Source: Fidelibacterota bacterium
GTDB lineage: Bacteria > Fidelibacterota > Marinisomatia > Marinisomatales > S15-B10
DNA length: 12,625 nt
Direction of reading: 5' to 3'
Assembly: GCA_046861655.1 (NCBI GenBank)
Contig: JBHIAI010000049.1
Span: 1-12,625 of the forward strand
Part shown: piece after piece, positions 6,591 to 12,625 of the stretch
Numbering within the stretch: the stretch's first letter is position 1
Layout: each line of letters starts with the position of its first letter
Notes under the pieces: generated by a model
The model's input: the letters and a program-made list of their open reading frames with translations, nothing else
What the model was told of the DNA's origin: nothing
The model's database searches: none
Position numbers and translations under genes: made by a program

Positions 6591-6630
6591 GTCTTGTTTA
6601 TGCGATCGTTAACGAGCCAAAGGAGCAAAC

Positions 6631-7173
6631 ATGATGAACAGGGTGCTGGCAGTCCCGTTAATCCTGATAATCTCCGGGATGGGCGGGAAAACAATCTGGG
6701 GGTTCCAGGGGGAGTTGGATGAACCTCTCCGGCCCCTTAAGCCGCTTCTTGAAAAGACCTGGAGAGGTACCACGAGTCAGTCTACTCCGGATAAACCCGT
6801 GCACGATGTGTCACGGTGGGAAAGAGTTCTGAACGGTAAAGCCGTCCGGATACTCCATTCTGTGAACGACGGGGAATACGGGGGTGAAACCATGATCATC
6901 TGGGATGCCCAAAAAGAAAGTCTCGTATTCTTCTATTTCACCACCGCCGGGTTCTACACTCACGGCACGATGGAGATCGAGGATGGAAGATTCACCAGCC
7001 ATGAGTTTGTATCGGGGAACCAGGACGGCATCACAGAAGTCAGGGCAGTCGGAACCCTTCTCCCTGACGGCAGGCTTCACAGCAAATCCCAGTATTTCCA
7101 GGATGGCAAATGGGTTGACGGTCACGAATTCATGTACGTGGAAGACCCTTCCGCTCAGGTACTGTTCCGGTGA
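6631..7173 (+). CDS. Exported hypothetical protein, probable lipocalin/DUF1579-like beta-barrel
   Basis: AAGGAG SD, signal-like N-terminus (MMNRVLAVPLILIISG), PLLEKTWRG resembling the calycin GxW start, and repeated beta-hairpin patterning. The fold is inferred. Confidence 0.8.
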   Translation: MMNRVLAVPLILIISGMGGKTIWGFQGELDEPLRPLKPLLEKTWRGTTSQSTPDKPVHDVSRWERVLNGKAVRILHSVNDGEYGGETMIIWDAQKESLVFFYFTTAGFYTHGTMEIEDGRFTSHEFVSGNQDGITEVRAVGTLLPDGRLHSKSQYFQDGKWVDGHEFMYVEDPSAQVLFR

Positions 7174-7271
7174 TTCGGTAGTCCAACAAAACGACGGCCG
7201 GGCCAGGGGAAAATGGGTGACAGTGTGCAGACGTCCAGGTCCTGTCAGGTGGGGAGAGTGACAGGCCCCTC

Positions 7272-8102
7272 TTAGCTCCCCTTTGTCTCATGGTCCTGCT
7301 GCATTTCCACCCGCTTCTTGTTTAGCTTCACGACCCCGAGCCACTTAACGACGGTGTTGCCAAAAGAGGGAGCAAGCTGTCCCAGGGCGAGTAATGGTCT
7401 CATGGGACCTGGATTGACAATGATCTCTGGTGTTCCCTCCCTGATGGCCCGGAGGACGGCGTCCGCCACAGCCTGGGGACTGGATGTTCCGAGAAGAAGG
7501 GGGGGTTTCAGATGGGCGTCGGCAAACATACCGACCTCCCGGATGTATCCTGGACAGATGACGGAAATCCCCACCCCGGTCCCTCTCAATTCCTGTGCCA
7601 TAGCGTCCGTCCAGGTTATCAGGCCGGACTTACTGGCGGAATAGACCGAATTGAATATGACACCTTTCTTCCCTGCCAGAGAGGCAATGTTGACGATATG
7701 TCCCCCCTTTTCCAGCAAAGAGGGGAGCACAATCCGGGTCAGTTCCATGGGCACATGGAGATTGAGGGTAAGTATGGAAGAGACGTCACCGTGGCTGTTG
7801 TCGACGTATTTGCGGTATGCTTCTATGCCAGCGTTGTTGATCAAGATATCGATTCCCCCGGCAAGAGAATTGACCTGTGCTATCAGGTCGGGAAGATCCT
7901 GAAGCCGGGTCAGGTCGAAAGGGATGGAATGGCACATTCCGCCCTGGGCCCGGATACCGTCCTGCGTCTTCCGGAGCCCCTCTTTCGACCGGGCCACCCC
8001 CACAATGGTCACCCCTTCCTTGGCAAGGGTCCGGGATATGAAGGGTCCGATTCCCTTGGAATTCCCCGTGACCAGGGCCACTTTACCTTTCAGTTCATCC
8101 AT
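7272..8102 (-). CDS. Classical SDR oxidoreductase, probably NADP(H)-dependent
   Basis: TGNSKGIG, basic VARS after beta2, NNAG, catalytic S and YSASK. Confidence 0.93.
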   Translation of the reverse strand: MDELKGKVALVTGNSKGIGPFISRTLAKEGVTIVGVARSKEGLRKTQDGIRAQGGMCHSIPFDLTRLQDLPDLIAQVNSLAGGIDILINNAGIEAYRKYVDNSHGDVSSILTLNLHVPMELTRIVLPSLLEKGGHIVNIASLAGKKGVIFNSVYSASKSGLITWTDAMAQELRGTGVGISVICPGYIREVGMFADAHLKPPLLLGTSSPQAVADAVLRAIREGTPEIIVNPGPMRPLLALGQLAPSFGNTVVKWLGVVKLNKKRVEMQQDHETKGS

Positions 8103-8125
8103 TCTCTAATCCGGACCGGCCGGTC

Positions 8126-8932
8126 TTATCTGTACCAATCGTACACAAACCTGTGGTGTACAGGCAGTAATCTCTGCAGGAGGTCATAGAATCTTGTGTC
8201 CCATCCGATCAGAATTCGTGTCTTGTTCTTTTTGATACCATCCAGGATTGAATGAGCAGCCTGGGCGGGCGTTATCTTCGCCATGGCATCAAACTGGTCG
8301 ATGAAATCCGACCTGGAAGCTACCCCGAGTCCGGAGATGAATTTTCCACTCTTCGCGATGTCCGTCTTGATGAATCCCGGATGGACGCAGGACACACCGA
8401 CGGAGGTATTCCGGAGTTCGTGATTGAGAGATTCGGTAAAGCCTCTGATGGCGAATTTTGTGGCACTGTACGCCGATTGGTGAGGAGGGGCCACGAGTCC
8501 AAACAGGCTGGACATGTTCACAACATGCGCTTCACCTTCTTTTTTCAGGTGCGGGAGGAAAACCTTGGTACCGTACACAACCCCCCAGAAATTGATTTCC
8601 ATGATCCTCCGGAAATCTTGAAGCGTCATCTCCTCCACGGTAGCTGACATGGCGATTCCGGCGTTATTGACAAGAACATGAATATGGTGGTGGGTTTCCA
8701 TTACGTCCTCGGCGAATTGCTCCATCGCGGTCTTATCCGACACATCTACCTGGTGGGATGAGACGTCCACACCCGAAGCCGCGATGGCCTTTTCGGTCTG
8801 GGATAGCTTCGCTACATCCACATCACAGATTGCCAGCGTGCACCCTTCCCGGGCGAGAGCCAGGGAGAGGGCGCGGCCGATTCCCGAGCCCGCCCCGGTG
8901 ACCACTGCGATCCGGTTTTGAAAACTACGCAT
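8126..8932 (-). CDS. Classical SDR oxidoreductase, probably NAD(H)-dependent
   Basis: TGAGSGIG, acidic CDVD after beta2, NNAG, MSS, YSATK and PGFIKT. The start overlaps the upstream stop by 8 nt. Confidence 0.94.
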   Translation of the reverse strand: MRSFQNRIAVVTGAGSGIGRALSLALAREGCTLAICDVDVAKLSQTEKAIAASGVDVSSHQVDVSDKTAMEQFAEDVMETHHHIHVLVNNAGIAMSATVEEMTLQDFRRIMEINFWGVVYGTKVFLPHLKKEGEAHVVNMSSLFGLVAPPHQSAYSATKFAIRGFTESLNHELRNTSVGVSCVHPGFIKTDIAKSGKFISGLGVASRSDFIDQFDAMAKITPAQAAHSILDGIKKNKTRILIGWDTRFYDLLQRLLPVHHRFVYDWYR

Positions 8933-9953
8933 TTGCCTGAGGGGGTGTGCCGGGGGGCAGCAACGGAACGCCCGGCGTTCTTTCGTACCAATCTATGACA
9001 CTCTTCAGGCCTTGACGCAGGGTAATCTTGGGCTCGAAACCCAATTCTGATCTAATCTTTTCACTGCTGCATATCCAGAACTTTTCCAGCATCTGTCTTC
9101 CGATATCGTTGAGAAGGAGAACTGGCCGTCCTCTCACTCTTCGGTACAATTTGGCCACATCGAGGGCAGTCTTGGCCAGGATGCGGGGAACGGGAAAGAT
9201 CCGTCCTTTCTTGTCCCAGATATCGAAGCACAGGCTCGTTATTTCCCGCAGAGTCAGGTTTTCCGGACCGGCGAGGAAGTAGATCTGTCCCGCGGATGAG
9301 GGATGTTGTGCGGCCAGAATCAGACCCCGAACCACGTCCAGGACGTGAACCGGACTCGCCATCTGGCCGTTCTTGCCCACCTGGAACACCCATCCTCGTT
9401 CCGCCATGGTCAGAAGCCACCCCATCAGGGAGACCCCCTCATTCCTGGGTCCGTATGCCGCCGTGAGTCTGACAATCGTGATGGGAACACGGTCTCTGTG
9501 GGACATGAGGTACTGTTCCGCCTCCAACTTGGTTTTCCCGTAGGAGCCCAAGGGTCGGCAGACGTCATCTTCCGTGATGGCTCGCCCGTCGGAACTGGGG
9601 CCCGCGGCGGCGAGAGTACTGACGAATATCAATCGTTTGAGTTCTGGTGCTACGCGTTCCGCAACGTCAAGAACATTCTTGGTTCCTACCAGATTAACCT
9701 GACGATACGTGACTTCTTCCCAGGCGTTTTTCACCGCAGCGAGATGGAAAATGTAGTCCACTCCGTCAAGAGGGGCCTGTAGCGTATCGATCCGCGTGAC
9801 GTCGCCGAAGAAAATCTGAACGGACGATTCATCCAGGGACTTCACGGATTCTCCTTGCAGGACCAGACACCGCACCTCGTGGTCATCTTTCAAAAGTTCC
9901 TCAACAAGGAAAGTCCCGATGAATCCATTCGCTCCGGTTACAAGGGCTTTCAT
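8925..9953 (-). CDS. Extended SDR: NAD-dependent epimerase/dehydratase, 3-beta-HSD-like
   Basis: MKALVTGANGFIG, FHLAA, VNLVGT, VST, YGKTK, YGP, HVLDV and ELGFEPK. Confidence 0.93.
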   Translation of the reverse strand: MKALVTGANGFIGTFLVEELLKDDHEVRCLVLQGESVKSLDESSVQIFFGDVTRIDTLQAPLDGVDYIFHLAAVKNAWEEVTYRQVNLVGTKNVLDVAERVAPELKRLIFVSTLAAAGPSSDGRAITEDDVCRPLGSYGKTKLEAEQYLMSHRDRVPITIVRLTAAYGPRNEGVSLMGWLLTMAERGWVFQVGKNGQMASPVHVLDVVRGLILAAQHPSSAGQIYFLAGPENLTLREITSLCFDIWDKKGRIFPVPRILAKTALDVAKLYRRVRGRPVLLLNDIGRQMLEKFWICSSEKIRSELGFEPKITLRQGLKSVIDWYERTPGVPLLPPGTPPQANA

Positions 9954-10079
9954 GGTTTCGCGTTTGCTGTCTGAGAGGGAATCCCCGAAGGAAATGTTTC
10001 CACTCGAAGATAAGATCGGGGATGCTCCGGTTCAATACCAATCTTTGCAGTTCCCGGCCGTGGCAATATTGTCGAGATG

Positions 10080-10088
10080 TGCTAAATT
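10080..10088 (+). promoter_or_regulatory. Possible extended -10 promoter for the plus-strand SDR
   Basis: TG-c-TAAATT 20 nt upstream of ATG 10109, with TGGCAA at 10061-10066. Confidence 0.35.
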
Positions 10089-10108
10089 CCCCCCAAGTGT
10101 GAACGCTG

Positions 10109-11014
10109 ATGAGTGTTGTACTTATTACCGGGTGTTCCAGCGGATTCGGGTTGCTGACGGCGGCGAGGTTGGCTGCCGGAGGTCATGCCGTTTACGCCAC
10201 CATGCGCGACCTTTCCCGGAAGGAGCAGCTGCTCGAAGAGGTGGAAAAAAGGGGTGGCAATGTCCATCTTCTGCAAATGGACGTTACCCATGACGGTTCC
10301 ATCTCCTCGGCAGCGAATCAGATTGCCGAGGAGCAGGGGAAACTTCATGGTTTGATCAACAACGCCGGGTACGGGATTGGGGGATTTTTTGAAGACCTGA
10401 CGGAAGAAGAAATCAGGAATCAGATGGAAACCAATTTCTTCGGCGTCCAGAAGGTGTCCCGCGCCTTTTTGCCCCTGATGCGAAGGACAGCCTCCTATGC
10501 CGGGGAACCGCCTGTTCAGATCATTAACATATCGAGTCCTCAGGGCCGGTCGCCCTACCCGGGCATGAGTGCCTACGCGGCATCAAAATGGGCCCTGGAG
10601 GGATTCAGCGAGAGCCTCTATTTTGAACTGAAACCTTTCGGGATATCTGTAGTTGTTCTCGAACCCGGGGCACACTGGACTCCGGGCTTTGCCGAGAACG
10701 CCAGGCGGGCAGAAAGAACCGGGGACCCGGAAAGCCCATACAGTCCCCTGGTGAAATTCCTGGAGAAGCGGCGGCAACGTATCATGGAGACGGGATTCGG
10801 AGTGGGAGACCCCGAAGACGTGGCGACCTTCATACAGAAGATCATTGACGATCCCAATCCCCGCTTCAGGTACGTCATCGGAAGGGTGGCGAAGCTCCGC
10901 CTTTTTCTCCGGGACCTCCTCCCGTTTCGCTGGTTTAGTTCCCTTCTCCTGAGAGTAGTGTTTGGAAGAGGCGGGCGGTTCAGTCCACAGGTTCCCGATC
11001 AGCGTGCCCGGTGA
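10109..11014 (+). CDS. Classical SDR oxidoreductase, 17-beta-HSD-like subgroup
   Basis: VVLITGCSSGFG, YATMRD, NNAGYG, NISS, YAASKWALEGFSESL and EPG. Confidence 0.94.
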   Translation: MSVVLITGCSSGFGLLTAARLAAGGHAVYATMRDLSRKEQLLEEVEKRGGNVHLLQMDVTHDGSISSAANQIAEEQGKLHGLINNAGYGIGGFFEDLTEEEIRNQMETNFFGVQKVSRAFLPLMRRTASYAGEPPVQIINISSPQGRSPYPGMSAYAASKWALEGFSESLYFELKPFGISVVVLEPGAHWTPGFAENARRAERTGDPESPYSPLVKFLEKRRQRIMETGFGVGDPEDVATFIQKIIDDPNPRFRYVIGRVAKLRLFLRDLLPFRWFSSLLLRVVFGRGGRFSPQVPDQRAR

Positions 11015-11976
11015 ATCAACAACACCTTACCGGTTGTTTGTCTCCCTTCGAGACTTCGATGGGCCTCTCGGGCCTGAGATAGCGGAAATGTGTGCTCGAT
11101 TCTCAGTGTAAGCTCCCCCGAAGCCACCCACCCCAGTACGTCAGTCGCTCTTTTTTCCAAACTTTCCCTGTCGGATGTGTAATGGGAGAGGGTGGGGCGG
11201 GTGAAAAAGAGGGATCCCCTGCTGTTGAGTATCTGAGGATCCATGGGCGGAACCGGACCGCTGGACTGTCCGTATAGCACCATGTATCCCCTGGGGGCGA
11301 GGGAATTCAGGCTCTTGTCAAAGGTAGTTTGGCCCACAGAATCGTACACAACGTCGACCCCCATGCCATCCGTTAATCGCTTTGTCTCCTTCTCGAAGTC
11401 TTGCTCCGTATACAGTATGGTATGGTCCGCTCCGGCTTCTTCCGCGATCGACGCCTTTTCTTCGGTGGAAACGGTTCCGATCACCGTGGCTCCGCATCGT
11501 TTGGCCATTTGCACAAGAAGCAAACCAACCCCACCCGCCGCGGCATGGATCAAGCAGGTGTCGCCCCGCTTGAGCGGGTATGAGCTGTGGGCCAGATAAT
11601 GGGCGGTCATACCCTGCAGCATAGCCGCGGCACCCTCCCGGGCGGTTAATCCGATGGGTAGACGGATCAATCTATCCGCAGGAACCAGAACGTATTCCGC
11701 GTAGGATCCGGGGATGCCCGTGTACGCCACCCGATCCCCGGCTGAGAAGTTCCTGACGTCTGGACCTACCTCAGTGACCTCGCCCGCTCCCTCCAACCCA
11801 AGAATGCGGGGAAGCTGTACCTTGTACAGCCCTTTTCGGTGATAGACGTCGATGAAGTTCACCCCGGATGCACCCAGTCTAACCAGGACCTGATTGGGGC
11901 CCGGGGATGGGTCCGGCACATCCGTGTACTGCATCACTTCAGGACCGCCAAATTCGCTTATCTCAATTGCTTTCAT
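10999..11976 (-). CDS. qor: NADPH:quinone oxidoreductase (zeta-crystallin/MDR family)
   Basis: GVNFID, LGLEGAG, AAAMLQGMTAHYL, HAAAGGVG, VVYDSVG, YGQSSG, RPTL and RQTTGKVLL. Confidence 0.96.
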   Translation of the reverse strand: MKAIEISEFGGPEVMQYTDVPDPSPGPNQVLVRLGASGVNFIDVYHRKGLYKVQLPRILGLEGAGEVTEVGPDVRNFSAGDRVAYTGIPGSYAEYVLVPADRLIRLPIGLTAREGAAAMLQGMTAHYLAHSSYPLKRGDTCLIHAAAGGVGLLLVQMAKRCGATVIGTVSTEEKASIAEEAGADHTILYTEQDFEKETKRLTDGMGVDVVYDSVGQTTFDKSLNSLAPRGYMVLYGQSSGPVPPMDPQILNSRGSLFFTRPTLSHYTSDRESLEKRATDVLGWVASGELTLRIEHTFPLSQAREAHRSLEGRQTTGKVLLIHRAR

Positions 11977-12030
11977 TATGCTCTCTACCGACTTAGCTGT
12001 ATGCCCGAACTGTGCAGGCCATGGCTGAAT

Positions 12031-12058
12031 AGATTATGTCATTGCCCAAGTATTTCAA
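12031..12058 (-). promoter_or_regulatory. Possible sigma70 promoter for qor
   Basis: Minus strand TTGAAA (12058-12053), 16-nt spacer, TAATCT (12036-12031). Confidence 0.35.
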
Positions 12059-12133
12059 AGGTAAACCGAAGAATGTTGAATCCATCATGGTTCCTGTTGC
12101 ACTTTTGAGAATGAAGGGAGATATTCCTCTGAA

Positions 12134-12625
12134 GTGACCAATCTCAAACGATCCATCCGGCTTCTTCACCTGGTTTTTCTCATGATTGTGAGCGTCCCGC
12201 CAGGGGTCAGGGGCTGGAATCTCACATACCTAAGTTCCTTCAATCCCCTGAATTACGAGTTGCTGGATGTGGAGATCTCCGGAGATTACGCCTATGTACC
12301 TGGGGGTCTTGACGGCCTCGCCGTCATCGATATTTCCAACCCTTCGTCCCCCCGGATGGTGGGATTGCACTATGCCAGCGGCTGCGGATTCGGTCGACTG
12401 TATGCCGTACATGTAAACGGAGATTACGCATACGGCAGCGGGCGGTATTGCGGAATAAAGGTGATGGATGTATCCAATCCGAATAATCTCGTAGAAGTGT
12501 CCGATTATGGATCCCGTGCAAATTCCTACGAACATTCCGATAGCAAGGGTGGGTACCTCTTCGCTGCTGTACACACGGCCGGTGTTGAGATCATCGATAT
12601 TTCCCATCCCGATTCCCTCCGTCTT
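12134..12625 (+). CDS. Exported LVIVD-repeat protein, N-terminal part (runs off the window)
   Basis: My translation from GTG 12134 is open to the window end: MTNLKRSIRLLHLVFLMIVSVPPGVRG-WNLTY..., then DVEISGDYAYV..GLAVIDISNPSSP, HVNGDYAYG..GIKVMDVSNPNN and GGYLFAA..GVEIIDISHPDS. There is an in-frame stop upstream at 12077 and AAGGGAG at 12114-12120. Confidence 0.9.
   Translation, partial: MTNLKRSIRLLHLVFLMIVSVPPGVRGWNLTYLSSFNPLNYELLDVEISGDYAYVPGGLDGLAVIDISNPSSPRMVGLHYASGCGFGRLYAVHVNGDYAYGSGRYCGIKVMDVSNPNNLVEVSDYGSRANSYEHSDSKGGYLFAAVHTAGVEIIDISHPDSLRL

Noticed and set aside
6550..6630. c-di-GMP-I (GGACGCAAA) or glycine riboswitch (AAGGAGCAA) fragments
   Set aside because: The other conserved blocks are absent, and AAGGAG is simply the SD of the 6631 gene.
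236..12607. Antisense and alternate-frame ORFs in the track (e.g. 1061-1639, 5293-5775, 7512-8189, 12230-12607)
   Set aside because: They shadow well-supported genes and carry no recognisable motifs, as expected in GC-rich coding DNA.
1..12625. CRISPR array, IS, integron attC or prophage
   Set aside because: No regularly spaced long direct repeats, no transposase, integrase or phage genes, and no convincing attC core sites were seen.

Overview
Bacterial DNA of moderate to high GC, gene dense, with no transposase, integrase, phage, CRISPR, rRNA or tRNA. From left to right: (1) a sigma70-like promoter, an FMN riboswitch with a visible terminator/antiterminator, and an overlapping riboflavin operon ribD-ribE-ribBA-ribH; (2) a convergent minus-strand fur-FTR1 iron permease unit with a Fur-box-like palindrome at its promoter and a nested palindrome/heptamer element between the two genes; (3) a divergent DUF1232/YkvA-like gene plus a hypothetical gene; (4) a near-consensus promoter, a ~185-nt leader with extensive pairing potential that I cannot assign to a known RNA family, and a secreted beta-rich protein; (5) five NAD(P)-dependent oxidoreductases (three classical SDRs, one extended SDR, Qor); (6) the 5' part of an exported LVIVD-repeat protein that the ORF track misses. 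The best candidates for something new are the structured leader at ~6446-6590 and the nested repeat element at 4511-4612. All family calls come from motifs read by eye, not from database searches.
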